A stretch of DNA of 41,118 nucleotides from NCBI GenBank assembly GCA_016875315.1, contig VGRQ01000003.1, positions 1-41,118 of the forward strand, given 5' to 3'. The DNA is from Deltaproteobacteria bacterium. GTDB lineage: Bacteria > Myxococcota_A > UBA796 > SXON01. The notes beneath the pieces are model-generated. The model did no database searches and had not been told where the DNA came from. It saw only the letters and a program-made list of their open reading frames with translations. This document shows, one piece after another, positions 25,753 to 35,158 of this stretch (positions within the stretch are counted from its first letter, which is position 1; the number at the start of each line of letters is the position of its first letter). Made by a program: the position numbers and the translations under genes.

Positions 25753-27580
25753 GCAACTCCACCGCCGGGGCGAGTACCTTCCCCGCAGTGGCCTCCGCTC
25801 GGAGGATCTGGACCGCCTTCTCGGGCGACATCGCGCCCTTGTAGGGACGATCCCCGGCAGTCAGCGCGTCGAAGATGTCGGAGACGGTCATCAGGCGCGC
25901 GCCGTAGGGGATCGCCTCGCCCTTGAGCCGCCGCGGGTAGCCCGTCCCGTCGAGCTTCTCGTGGTGCGCGTAGGCCAGCGACGGGACGTTGCGCAGCTCG
26001 CGAGTCCAGGGGATCACCCGGAGGAAGCGGTAGGTGTGCTCCACGTGCCGCTCGATCTCGAAGCGCTCCTCCGGGTCGAGCGTGCCCACCGGGATGCACA
26101 GGCGACGCACCTCGCGAGCGTGCAGCACCGGCTCGGCCTCGGCGAGCTTCCAACGCTCCGCCACCGCCCGGATCGCGACCCCTTCCGCTTCGCCCACCCG
26201 CCCGATGCGGTTGAGCCTGCGCACCAGCGTGAGATCTTCCTGGAGCTGCGCGAGCCGCGGCGGCAGCATCGCATCGGCGGTGTTCTCCCTGATCGCCTCG
26301 AGGGTGGCCTGGAGTGACGCGATGCGAAAACGTTGCTCGATCTGCGCCAGCTCCCAGGGGTAGAGCCGTCCCGCCTTGAGCAGCACCTCCTCGCGCACGC
26401 CGACCTTGCCAAAGTCGTGGAGGATCGCCGCGTAGTGCAGCTCGGTGAGCTCGCGCGGCGTGAATCGCACCTCGGCAAAGGGCGGGTCGTCGGCCTCGGT
26501 GACCTCGCGGGCGAGCATCTCGGTGAGCTGCGCCACCCGGTAGCTATGGCCACCCGTGGAGGGGTCGCGCGCCTCGATCGCGGTGACCGCCGCCTCGACG
26601 AAGCCGTCGAACAGGGTGGTGATCTCGCGGTAGAGCCGGTAGTTCTCCAGCGTCACCGCGGCCTGGCTGGCCACCGAGCGCGCCATCGCGAGGTGACGCT
26701 CGCCGAAGGGGGTCACCCGGTCGAAGCTCGCGAGCGGGAGCCCGGCCACCGCCTTGTGGTTGACGAAGAGCAGTACGCCGATGACGCGCCCGTCGCGGTC
26801 CATCAGGGGGACCAGGAGGGCGGAGCGCGTCTGGTAGCCGGTGGCGGCATCGAAGCTGCCCGTGGGCTTGTATGGCACGTCGGGCGGCAGCAGTCGCAAG
26901 TCAGGAATGTTCAGGGGGATGGCGCGATTGGCGACGAAACCGATGAGGCTGTGGTCGTCGACGGGCAGCGTGGTGCGGGCGGCGAAGTACGGGACGGTGT
27001 CGTTCTGCGCGGCGGCGAAGCGGATGGTGCGGGCGCTGCGCGCCCCGCCGAGCGTGACATCACTACCGATGGAGGCCTCGTCGATCAGGTAGATGCTCGC
27101 GCCGTCGGCACGCAGGGCTCGCCGCGCGTGGGTGAGCAGCTCGTCGAGGAGCTGCGTGCGGTCGGTGATGGCGGAGAGGGCGTAGCCGATCTGGTTGAGA
27201 ACGAAGATCGTCTCGCGCTCCGACTCGGCGCGGGCGCGCAGGAGCTCGTTCTCGACAAGGTTGCGCATCGCCCGCGGCAGGCGCTCCTCCACCTCGTCGA
27301 GCGCGATCACGTCCCAGGCCGCGAAGGCCGGGTCGTCGCTGATGACGATGCAGCGGCTATTGAGCCGAGGCGCGCCGGTGGCCCGCGACATGTCCACCAC
27401 CACCACCCGCACCGCGATGTCGGCCGAGATCGGGCTGTCGGGGCGGCACAAGGTGGCGCCGAGGCCCGCGGCCACCCGCGCGACGATGCCGGCGAAGGCT
27501 GAATTCGGCGGCATGAGCGCGACCTCGACGCTCGGGGTCTCGTTCATGCTCGACGTGATTTCCCGGCCAAGCCCCGCCAT
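25706..27580 (-). CDS. GAF + HD-GYP phosphodiesterase (putative c-di-GMP PDE)
   Basis: GAF (FDAATGYQTRSALLVP); ARDPSTGGHS.RV, LHDFGKVG, HHEKLDGTGYP, DIFDALT..RPYK; TAGATT 6 nt upstream. Confidence 0.92.
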   Translation of the reverse strand: MAGLGREITSSMNETPSVEVALMPPNSAFAGIVARVAAGLGATLCRPDSPISADIAVRVVVVDMSRATGAPRLNSRCIVISDDPAFAAWDVIALDEVEERLPRAMRNLVENELLRARAESERETIFVLNQIGYALSAITDRTQLLDELLTHARRALRADGASIYLIDEASIGSDVTLGGARSARTIRFAAAQNDTVPYFAARTTLPVDDHSLIGFVANRAIPLNIPDLRLLPPDVPYKPTGSFDAATGYQTRSALLVPLMDRDGRVIGVLLFVNHKAVAGLPLASFDRVTPFGERHLAMARSVASQAAVTLENYRLYREITTLFDGFVEAAVTAIEARDPSTGGHSYRVAQLTEMLAREVTEADDPPFAEVRFTPRELTELHYAAILHDFGKVGVREEVLLKAGRLYPWELAQIEQRFRIASLQATLEAIRENTADAMLPPRLAQLQEDLTLVRRLNRIGRVGEAEGVAIRAVAERWKLAEAEPVLHAREVRRLCIPVGTLDPEERFEIERHVEHTYRFLRVIPWTRELRNVPSLAYAHHEKLDGTGYPRRLKGEAIPYGARLMTVSDIFDALTAGDRPYKGAMSPEKAVQILRAEATAGKVLAPAVELLNAKRLWTRVVEPAG

Positions 27581-27706
27581 GGCGTCAATCTAGTCTGTGC
27601 CCGGCCTTCCCGTCTGGCCCTTCGCGAACTCCGTCGTCACCCGCGCGGTCTCGGGGAGGCGTTCGGCGGCGTGCGCCCGGGGGGTCGAGGTCGATACACT
27701 AGGCCG

Positions 27707-28210
27707 ATGTTGTTTCTGGCCTTGCTCGCCTGCGAGCCGATGCCCTCCTCGGGCGAGATCTTCGCGCCGGTGAAGGTGGAGGCTGCGAAGCCCACCGGGC
27801 CCGACCAGCGTTTCGCGGAGCTCGACGAGCCGCGCTTCAAGATCTCCAGCGAGGAGATGGCCTCGGGCACGATGCCCGCACCCGCGCCGGCAGAGGGCGA
27901 GCCCTCCGCCGCCGACGCCGCCCTCGGCTCGCCCGCCCCCGTCCCCGCGGCCGCGGCGCCGGTCGGCCTGCCCTCGCCAACCAGTTTCCCGGTCCGGCTG
28001 GTCTCGACGATCGTGTCGGCGCAGCCCCCGCGCGCGGTGGTTGGCCTGCCGTCGGGCGAGGAAGTCGTGGTCTCGCCCGGGTCGGTGCTCGCCGCCGAGG
28101 GCCTCGTCGTGATGGCGGTGATGGACGGCCGCGTGCAGCTCGCGAAGATCAAGCCGCAGGGCGATCACGCCGCCATCGAGTCGATCGAGATCAGCGCGCA
28201 GTACCCCTGA
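27707..28210 (+). CDS. Putative lipoprotein with PilP-like C-terminal beta domain
   Basis: MLFLALLAC; Pro/Ala linker; VRLVSTI..PRAVV..PSGEEVVV..G pattern; TACACT 6 nt upstream. Confidence 0.6.
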   Translation: MLFLALLACEPMPSSGEIFAPVKVEAAKPTGPDQRFAELDEPRFKISSEEMASGTMPAPAPAEGEPSAADAALGSPAPVPAAAAPVGLPSPTSFPVRLVSTIVSAQPPRAVVGLPSGEEVVVSPGSVLAAEGLVVMAVMDGRVQLAKIKPQGDHAAIESIEISAQYP

Positions 28211-28949
28211 AGCGCCAGTAGATCGCCGCGCCCACCGTCACCAGCACGGCCGACGTGGCCTGCGCGTTGGTGGCGAGCCCGCCGAGCACGTAGCCGCGGG
28301 CGGGATCGCCGCGGAGCAGCTCGTTGAGGAACCTCGCCACGGGGTAGGTCAAGAGCAGCAAGGCGAATCGCTGTCCCGTGAAGGCACGGGGGCGGAAATG
28401 CAGGAAGGCCGCGATGAAGAGGCAGTAGATCGTCTCGTAGATCTGCGTGGGGTGGAGCGGCACCCCGGCGGGGGCGATGCGCGAGCCCTCGGGGAAGGTC
28501 ACCGCCCAGGGCACCGAGGTGGGGGCGCCGTAGCAGCAACCGGCACCGAGACAGCCCAGGCGGCCGAGCGCCAGGCCCACCGGCAACCAGGGCGAGAGGA
28601 GGTCGAGCATCGCCAGCGGCGAGAGGCCGCGCCGCTTGCAGAAGGCCACGATGCCGAGCACGCTCGCGACGAAGCCCCCGTAGTACACCAGGCCGCCGTC
28701 GTTCACGCGCGGGATGGCCGCGAGGTCGTGGCTGAAGTCGGCCCAGTGGGTCCGCACGAACTCCAGTCGTCCCCCGAGCACCGCCATCGCGAAGATGACG
28801 TGTACCACGCTCCAGGTGTCGTCGGGGTCGATGCCCTCGCGCCGGGACGACCACGCCGCGCCCAGCGCCGCCACGAACACGCCGCCTCCGAACAGCACGC
28901 CGTAGGTGTGGAACGTCACCCCGCCGAGCTGGAAAAGCTCGGGAAACAT
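28191..28949 (-). CDS. lgt: Prolipoprotein diacylglyceryl transferase
   Basis: TYG, GGRL, GGLVYYGG, GRLGC, HPTQIYE, RFLNELLR; follows lspA. Confidence 0.93.
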   Translation of the reverse strand: MFPELFQLGGVTFHTYGVLFGGGVFVAALGAAWSSRREGIDPDDTWSVVHVIFAMAVLGGRLEFVRTHWADFSHDLAAIPRVNDGGLVYYGGFVASVLGIVAFCKRRGLSPLAMLDLLSPWLPVGLALGRLGCLGAGCCYGAPTSVPWAVTFPEGSRIAPAGVPLHPTQIYETIYCLFIAAFLHFRPRAFTGQRFALLLLTYPVARFLNELLRGDPARGYVLGGLATNAQATSAVLVTVGAAIYWRFRGTAR

Positions 28950-29534
28950 CTACTCGAGCGAGGGCGCGGAGGAGCCGGGAGCCTTCACCGCCTCGGCTTC
29001 CTCGGCGGGGCGGTCTTTCTCGTAGAGGAAGCTGATGGCGAAGAGGCCGAGGCCGATGAAGATGCAGCTGTCGGCGATGTTGAAGATCGGCCACACGTGG
29101 CTGTTCAGGGGAGGCAGGTCGCGCAGCCAGGACTTCCCCGGCTCCCAGCCCCACTGCACCTTGATCATGTCGGTGACGGCGCGGAACAGGAGCCGATCGA
29201 TGAAGTTGCCGAGCGCGCCCGACAGGATGAAGCCCATCGCCGCGCCCTGGAGCCGATCGTCGACGCGGAGCTGCTTGTAGCCTTGCCACAGCACCACCAC
29301 CGCCACGCCGGTGAGGGCAAAGAACACGTGGTAGCGGTACTCCCAGTCGTCCATCGCCGAGAACGCTGCGCCGGTGTTCTTGGCGTGAGCGATCGAGAGG
29401 AAGTTCGGGACGATGACCCACTCGTCCTTGTAGGGCGTGAGACTGGCCCGCACGACGAGCTTGCTGAGCTGGTCGAGGACCAGGAACAGGGCGGCGGTGC
29501 CGAGGAAGGCGGAGGTCTTCGGGTGCGGCGACAT
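28950..29534 (-). CDS. lspA: Lipoprotein signal peptidase II
   Basis: DQLSK, NTGAAFS, GALGNFIDR, VTD, WPIFNIAD; ATG 29534 has TACCGT 8 nt upstream. Confidence 0.95.
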   Translation of the reverse strand: MSPHPKTSAFLGTAALFLVLDQLSKLVVRASLTPYKDEWVIVPNFLSIAHAKNTGAAFSAMDDWEYRYHVFFALTGVAVVVLWQGYKQLRVDDRLQGAAMGFILSGALGNFIDRLLFRAVTDMIKVQWGWEPGKSWLRDLPPLNSHVWPIFNIADSCIFIGLGLFAISFLYEKDRPAEEAEAVKAPGSSAPSLE

Positions 29535-29629
29535 CGGGCGCGACGGTAGCGCGGGCATGCCCCCTCGTCTACGCGCTGCGACCGGCCGTGACCAAGGAGG
29601 TTATGAACGGCGGCTCAGTCGGAGACCCG

Positions 29630-31303
29630 ATGCAGCGCGAAGCGATGCCCGTAGACGTTCTGTTCGTGGGGGGCGGGCCGGCCTGCCTCGCGGGCGCCAT
29701 CCGCCTGCTCGACCTGGTCAAGGCGCACAACGAGTCCGGCGCCGAGCCGAAGTTGCCCGAGCTCACCATCGCCCTGCTCGACAAGGGCAGCGAGATCGGG
29801 AGCCACGCGATCTCCGGCGCGGTGCTCGACCCCCGCGCCCTCGGCGAGCTGATCCCCGACTGGAAGTCGCAAGACCCCTACTTCGTCGAGCGCCACGTGG
29901 AGAAGGAGACCTTCCTCGTGCTCACGCCGAGGCACGCCGTGCCCGCGCCGATGATGCCGCCCGGCATGGAAGACCACGGCCAGCCCATCATCTCCATCGC
30001 CAAGTTCCAGAAGTGGCTGGCGGCGCAAGCGGAGGCGCGGGGGATCATGCTCTTCGCCGGCTTCGCGGGCACGCAGTTGCTCTACGAGGACGGCCGCGTG
30101 GCGGGGGTGCGCACCGGCGACAAGGGCATCGGCCCCGACGGCCAGCCCAAGCCCAACTTCGAGCCGGGCATCGACATCCAGGCCAAGGTGACCATCCTCG
30201 GCGAGGGCCCGCGCGGCACCCTCGCGCGGCAGCTCATCAACCACTTCCGCCTCGACGCCGACAGCCAGCCGATCGTCTACGAGATCGGCGTCAAGGAGGT
30301 GATCGAGATGCCCCCGGGCACCGTCACCCAGGGCGAGGTGACGCTCACCTTCGGCTACCCGCTCGATCTCAACACCTTCGGCGGCGCGTTCATCTACAGC
30401 CTCGCGGGCGATCGCTACGCCGTGGGCATGATGGTAGGTCTCGATGCGAAAGACCCGGCGATGGACGCGCACTACCTCCTGCAGAAGTTCAAGGCGCACC
30501 CCGCCATTCGCGCCAAGCTCGGCAAGGGCAAGGTGGTGAAGTACGGCGCCAAGGCGGTCACCGTGGGCGGCTGGCCCTCGATCCCCAGGCTCTACGCCCC
30601 CGGCGCGATGATCGTGGGCGACAGCGCCTCGTTCCTCAACCCGATGCGCATCAAGGGCATCCACCTGTCGATGAAGTCGGGCATGCTCGCCGCGGAAACG
30701 GCCTTCGAGGCGCTCAAGCGCGGCGAGGCCAGCGAAGACGTGCTCAAGGCCTACAAGGCGGCCGTCGACGCGAGCTGGATCCGGGAGGAGATGGAGCCGG
30801 CGAAGAACTTCCACCCCGCGATGGAGAAGGGCGTGATCGGCGGCATGGCCGCCGTCGGCATGTCGCTGGTGTTTGGACCGGGCGAGCAGAAGCCCTTCCA
30901 CGCCGACTACGAGCACGTGCACAAGAACGCGGCGGTGCGCGGGCAGCACGCCTACCCGGCGCGCGACGACATCGAGTACGACGGCACCTACATCGTCGAC
31001 AAGCTCACCGACGTGTACCACTCCGGTACCAAGCACGAGGAGAAGCAGCCGGCCCACCTCCACGTGGTCGACACCAACCTCTGCGCCACCCAGTGCGCCG
31101 AGGAGTACGGCAATCCTTGCACCCGCTTTTGCCCCGCCCAGGTGTACAACATGCACTTCAGCGAGACGACCAAGCGCAACGAGCTGCAGATCGACTTCAG
31201 CAACTGCGTGCATTGCAAGACCTGCGACATCCGCGACCCCTACCAGGTGATCACCTGGGTGCCGCCGGAGGGCGGGCAAGGGCCGGAGTACGGGATTCTC
31301 TAG
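29630..31303 (+). CDS. Electron transfer flavoprotein-ubiquinone oxidoreductase
   Basis: DVLFVGGGPA, SGAVLDP, GDSASFLN..RIKGIH, C-terminal 4Fe-4S (CTRFCPAQVY, NCVHCKTCDIRDP, WVPPEGG). Alternative starts 29588 and 29603. Confidence 0.95.
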   Translation: MQREAMPVDVLFVGGGPACLAGAIRLLDLVKAHNESGAEPKLPELTIALLDKGSEIGSHAISGAVLDPRALGELIPDWKSQDPYFVERHVEKETFLVLTPRHAVPAPMMPPGMEDHGQPIISIAKFQKWLAAQAEARGIMLFAGFAGTQLLYEDGRVAGVRTGDKGIGPDGQPKPNFEPGIDIQAKVTILGEGPRGTLARQLINHFRLDADSQPIVYEIGVKEVIEMPPGTVTQGEVTLTFGYPLDLNTFGGAFIYSLAGDRYAVGMMVGLDAKDPAMDAHYLLQKFKAHPAIRAKLGKGKVVKYGAKAVTVGGWPSIPRLYAPGAMIVGDSASFLNPMRIKGIHLSMKSGMLAAETAFEALKRGEASEDVLKAYKAAVDASWIREEMEPAKNFHPAMEKGVIGGMAAVGMSLVFGPGEQKPFHADYEHVHKNAAVRGQHAYPARDDIEYDGTYIVDKLTDVYHSGTKHEEKQPAHLHVVDTNLCATQCAEEYGNPCTRFCPAQVYNMHFSETTKRNELQIDFSNCVHCKTCDIRDPYQVITWVPPEGGQGPEYGIL

Positions 31304-31935
31304 GGGACGGTGACGATCACGGCGGCGGGGCCGGCCGGCGGCTGCGCGTCGACGGCGAGCTTGGCCGCCTCGGCCACGCAGTGCGCCCGCGACTCGTTCT
31401 CGCTGGTGCCGTCGCTCGCCCAGGTGGTGCCGTCGGCGTCGACGACCACGGCGACGGCGATCGGCTCCTCCTGGGGCCACGCGTCGAGACACCGCCTCAC
31501 CGATGGGTCGGCCGCGGCGGCCTCGTCGAGCGCGGCGTCGCGGCGCACCGGCTCGCCGGGGACGGTGAAGTGCCACCGGTACTGCCCGGTGTCGAGATCG
31601 ACGGTGGCCGAGGAGAGGCAGCCGGAGGTCGGCAGGCTCAGGGTGTGTGCGCCCGACTCGTCGCGGAAGTGGAACTCGCGAAACACCACGCCGTCGCCCT
31701 CGCGGAGGATGAACTCGGTGTGTACCCGCTGTCCCGCGCTCTCCGGGCGCATCGCCCGCTCGATGATGGTGCAGTAGCGCAAGCGCTTCGCTCCCCAGGG
31801 CGGCTTCGCGAGCGTCACGAAGCCGTCGGCGTCGACCTCCACCGCGGGGCGGGGCGCCGGCGCCTCCCGCGTGAACCACCAGGCTGCCCCGCCGGCGAGC
31901 GCCAGCACGAGGAGGGCGACGAGGGCTCGTTTCAC
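31300..31935 (-). CDS. Membrane-anchored hypothetical protein with C-terminal AgmX/TonB-C-like domain
   Basis: Signal anchor MKRALVALLVLALAGG; C-terminal RRCL..AVAVVVDADG..HCVAE pattern; in-frame TAG just upstream fixes the start. Confidence 0.7.
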   Translation of the reverse strand: MKRALVALLVLALAGGAAWWFTREAPAPRPAVEVDADGFVTLAKPPWGAKRLRYCTIIERAMRPESAGQRVHTEFILREGDGVVFREFHFRDESGAHTLSLPTSGCLSSATVDLDTGQYRWHFTVPGEPVRRDAALDEAAAADPSVRRCLDAWPQEEPIAVAVVVDADGTTWASDGTSENESRAHCVAEAAKLAVDAQPPAGPAAVIVTVP

Positions 31936-31944
31936 CGCGCCCGT

Positions 31945-32848
31945 CTAGCCTGTCGCGTGCCGCGGGGGGCCGGGGTGGCAGGCGCCGCGAGCCGCAGCAT
32001 CGGCTACAGGCCCTGGGAAATTTCTCTCTGGGTTAGCCTGATTTGGGACTGCTCGTGGATCGCCCAGCCCCCGATGACTGCCGTGCCGGCGCCCAGGAGC
32101 AGGCCGATGGCGCGCGCGCGGTGGCGCTTGGCCTCGAGTCGCTCCGGCGGGAGCTGCGCGTTCACCGCGGCGGGTGCTGGCCCCCAGGGCAGCGCGGTGC
32201 CGAGCTCCAGCATGGCCAGCGCGGCCACCGGCGGCTCGGAGGACACGCGGCCACAGCACACGTCGGCGGTCACGCCCAGCTCCGCGCCGAGCAGCAGCCC
32301 GGGATGCCCCACCCACCGTCCCCAGATGAAGCCACTGGCGCGCGCGCGGGCCAGGTCCTGTCGCGACTCGTCCGCCAGCGTGTAGTGCAGGATGCCCGCG
32401 TCGAGCCGGACGCCCGGTCCCCAGCCCTCCATCCCGTCGGCCGCGACGTTGAAGGAATAGCCCAGCTCGGGGGCCCAGTAGGCCTCGCGGACGACCCACT
32501 CGTTGTCTACGTGGTCGCCTTCCACCACCCTGAGAACCTCGTTGGTTTCCATCGTCCAGGTCGCCCCGGCGCTCAGGATCGAGCGCCGCGTGGGCGCCCA
32601 CAGCAGCCGTGGGCTCACGACGCCCTCCGGTTCGGCCCCCGCGCCCACGGTCGCGGCAACGCGATAGTCGTGCTTGTCCCCGGGGAGAGGTAGGTCGGCG
32701 GCGTAGAGGCAGCTGATGAGGAGCATGCCGGAGGAGCAAGCAAGCCCCGTGCCTTTCAAGAAATGTAGGTTCTACCGTAAGTAGACGGTTCGTGCTGCGT
32801 AATCCGGGTGGCGGTGGGCCCCCGCGGTGCGCACTTGGCGACGCGGTG
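31945..32848. repeat. Direct repeat copy 1 (~900 bp)
   Basis: Colinear with 34240-35143 at a constant offset of 2295 bp. Confidence 0.92.
32004..32726 (-). CDS. Hypothetical exported protein, paralogue 1 (beta-strand-rich with C-terminal TM helix)
   Basis: Frame conserved in both repeat copies. ATG 32726 (MLLISCLYA-ADLP) or TTG 32759. Confidence 0.7.
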   Translation of the reverse strand: MLLISCLYAADLPLPGDKHDYRVAATVGAGAEPEGVVSPRLLWAPTRRSILSAGATWTMETNEVLRVVEGDHVDNEWVVREAYWAPELGYSFNVAADGMEGWGPGVRLDAGILHYTLADESRQDLARARASGFIWGRWVGHPGLLLGAELGVTADVCCGRVSSEPPVAALAMLELGTALPWGPAPAAVNAQLPPERLEAKRHRARAIGLLLGAGTAVIGGWAIHEQSQIRLTQREISQGL

Positions 32849-32973
32849 AGCGCCGAGATCCTCTTGCCGATGACGCCCGCCGGGGCGCGTGCCGGCCGAG
32901 CCGTCTCCTGCTGCGGGGCGACCATTTCCACGGCCCGGTGCCGGTGGACGGGGCGCATTGGGTGACGACCTCG

Positions 32974-34230
32974 TCACGGGCCGATCGGGTACGACTCGTT
33001 GAAGATCACCCGTTGTCGTGGGTAGTCCGCCATCGGCTCGCCCAGGTCGATGGGCAGGTCGGGCCAGAACTGGCGTAGTTCCTCGTCGAGGCGCACCTGC
33101 GCCATCTCGGCGGCGTTCTTCTCGGTGAGGCGCACGTAGGTCACCGTCACCTCCACGCGCGCCGCGCCGGCGAGCGACAGCCGCGGCGTCCAGGCACGGG
33201 TTTCCGCAGCTTGCAGGCGGTTGTCGGCCAGTTTCCGGGCGGGCCGACCGGTGGTGTCGTCACCCCAGTCCCAGGTCTGGCCGATGCGGAGGAGATCGCT
33301 GGCGAGAGGCGCGCCCTGGGCGTCGATCGCTCGTGCCTCGACGAGCACGTGGCGCTCGGGATCGCCGGTGGGGATGGCGTGACCGGCCCGCGCGTTGACC
33401 AGCCGCACTTCCAGGGGCGCGACGCTCACCGCCACGTCGAGCCCGGGTTGCCAGTCGGCCAGCGACTCGAGGTCGTCGACGTGCTTGGGCAAGCCGCCGC
33501 CGGGCCAGGTGTGCGCGCGCAGCAGCTCGGCCGGGGCGCCGGCGGCCGCGGCTCGCGAGGTGCTGGGCATGTGGCAGTCCACGCACCTGGAGCCGGCCTG
33601 CGGCCCGGCGGCGACCTCCTCGGCGGTGGTGAACCAGCACGGGAAGGTGGGGGTGATCACGATGTTGGCACCGGGGCTGTGGCAGCCCTCGCACACGCCC
33701 TCGAGCGCAGCGGCGTCGTGACGAACCCGGTGCGGAGCGCGACCGCTGCCTCGCGGCCCCACGACCGTCCCCTCGCCGTCGTCGTCGCGACGCACGTGGC
33801 AGGCGGCGCATCCGATGCCCTCGGCCACGCGCGCGGGGTCGAAGGCCGGGTTGGGCGCGGCCTCCACCCGTTCGACCGAGCCTGCGGCGGCGAGGCGCGT
33901 CTCCGGGGTGATCAGCAGCGATCGCTGCGGGGAGGTGGGGGCATGGCAGTTGAGGCAGAGCCATCGCGGCTGGCCCGGCTTCGACATCTCGGCGAGGTAC
34001 TGCACGTCGCGCACCGCGTCGGCGTGGGTGGTGGCCGACCACTCGGCGAGGTGGCCGGGGTGGCAGGCGCCGCAGGTGCTGGCGCGGGTGTCTACCTCGG
34101 TCCCGTCGAGCATCGCGAGGGTGGAGGGCGTGTCGATCGGGGTGGCGAAGCGGTAGTCGCCGATGCGCTCGCCAATGGTGGGCGGCAGTTCCGCGCGGGG
34201 GCCGGTGCAGGCGAGCAGGAGGGCGAGCAC
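32974..34230 (-). CDS. Multiheme c-type cytochrome lipoprotein (5 CxxCH; c554-like family)
   Basis: CGACH, CLNCH, CAACH, CEGCH, CVDCH; W..T.HA and AGHAIPTG motifs; MLALLLAC N-terminus. Confidence 0.9.
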   Translation of the reverse strand: MLALLLACTGPRAELPPTIGERIGDYRFATPIDTPSTLAMLDGTEVDTRASTCGACHPGHLAEWSATTHADAVRDVQYLAEMSKPGQPRWLCLNCHAPTSPQRSLLITPETRLAAAGSVERVEAAPNPAFDPARVAEGIGCAACHVRRDDDGEGTVVGPRGSGRAPHRVRHDAAALEGVCEGCHSPGANIVITPTFPCWFTTAEEVAAGPQAGSRCVDCHMPSTSRAAAAGAPAELLRAHTWPGGGLPKHVDDLESLADWQPGLDVAVSVAPLEVRLVNARAGHAIPTGDPERHVLVEARAIDAQGAPLASDLLRIGQTWDWGDDTTGRPARKLADNRLQAAETRAWTPRLSLAGAARVEVTVTYVRLTEKNAAEMAQVRLDEELRQFWPDLPIDLGEPMADYPRQRVIFNESYPIGP

Positions 34231-34239
34231 GGCGTGGGA

Positions 34240-35143
34240 CTAGCCCGGCGGCGCGGCGGCGGGGGCCGGGTGGTTGGCGCCGCGAGCCGCGGCGGCGACT
34301 AGATGTTGGTGGAGATCTGTCCCAGGGGCAGCGAGAACGTGGACAGCTCGTAGATCGTCCAGCCCACGAAGACGGCCGTGCCGGCGCCCAGGAGCAGGCC
34401 GATGGCGCGCGCCCGGTCGCGCTTGGCCTCGTGTTGCTCCGGCGGGAGCTGCGCGTTCACCGCCGCGGGTGCTGGCCCCCAGGGCAGCGCGGTGCCGACC
34501 TCCAGCATGGCCAGCGCGGCCACCGGCGCCTCGGAAGACACGTGGCCGCAGCACACGTCGGCGCTCACGCCCAGCTCCGCGCCGAGCAGCAGCCCGGGAT
34601 GCCCCACCCACCGGCCCCAGACGAAGCCACTGGCGCGCGCGCGGGCCAGGTCCTGTCGCGAGTCGTCCGCCAGCGTGTAGTGCTGCATGCCCGCGTCGAG
34701 CCGGACGCCCGGTCCCCAGCCCTCCATCCCGTCGGCCGCGACGTTGAAGGAATAGCCCAGCTCGGGGGCCCAGTAGGCGTCGCGGACGACCATCTGCGTG
34801 TCTTCCCGGTCGCCTTCCACCCACCGGAGAGTCTCGCTGGTCTGCATGGTCCAGGTCGCCCCGGCGCTCAGGATCGAGCGCCGCGTGGGCGCCCACAGCA
34901 GCCGTGGGCTCACCACTCCGTCTGGTTCGGCCCCCGCGCCCACGGTCGCGGCAACGCGATAGTCGTGCTTGTCCCCGGGAAGAGGTAGGTCGGCGGCGTA
35001 GACGAAGGTGATGAGAAGCATGCCGGAGGAACAAGCAAGTCCCGTGCCTCTCAAGAAATGGCGGTTCTACCGTAAGCAGACGGTTCGTGCTGCGTAATCC
35101 GGGTGGCGGTGGGCACCCGCGGTGCGCACGTGGCTACGCGGTG
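34240..35143. repeat. Direct repeat copy 2 (~900 bp)
   Basis: Colinear with 31945-32848. Confidence 0.92.
34299..35021 (-). CDS. Hypothetical exported protein, paralogue 2
   Basis: Same length and frame as paralogue 1. ATG 35021 (MLLITFVYA-ADLP) or TTG 35054. Confidence 0.7.
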   Translation of the reverse strand: MLLITFVYAADLPLPGDKHDYRVAATVGAGAEPDGVVSPRLLWAPTRRSILSAGATWTMQTSETLRWVEGDREDTQMVVRDAYWAPELGYSFNVAADGMEGWGPGVRLDAGMQHYTLADDSRQDLARARASGFVWGRWVGHPGLLLGAELGVSADVCCGHVSSEAPVAALAMLEVGTALPWGPAPAAVNAQLPPEQHEAKRDRARAIGLLLGAGTAVFVGWTIYELSTFSLPLGQISTNI

Positions 35144-35158
35144 CCGCGGGGGACGGCC

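Noticed and set aside
31945-35143. Diversity-generating retroelement (TR/VR pair)
   Set aside because: Mismatches are not restricted to adenines on either strand, the repeat covers a whole gene, and no reverse transcriptase is present.
31945-35143. Composite transposon with IS copies
   Set aside because: The repeats encode no transposase motifs and have no terminal inverted repeats.
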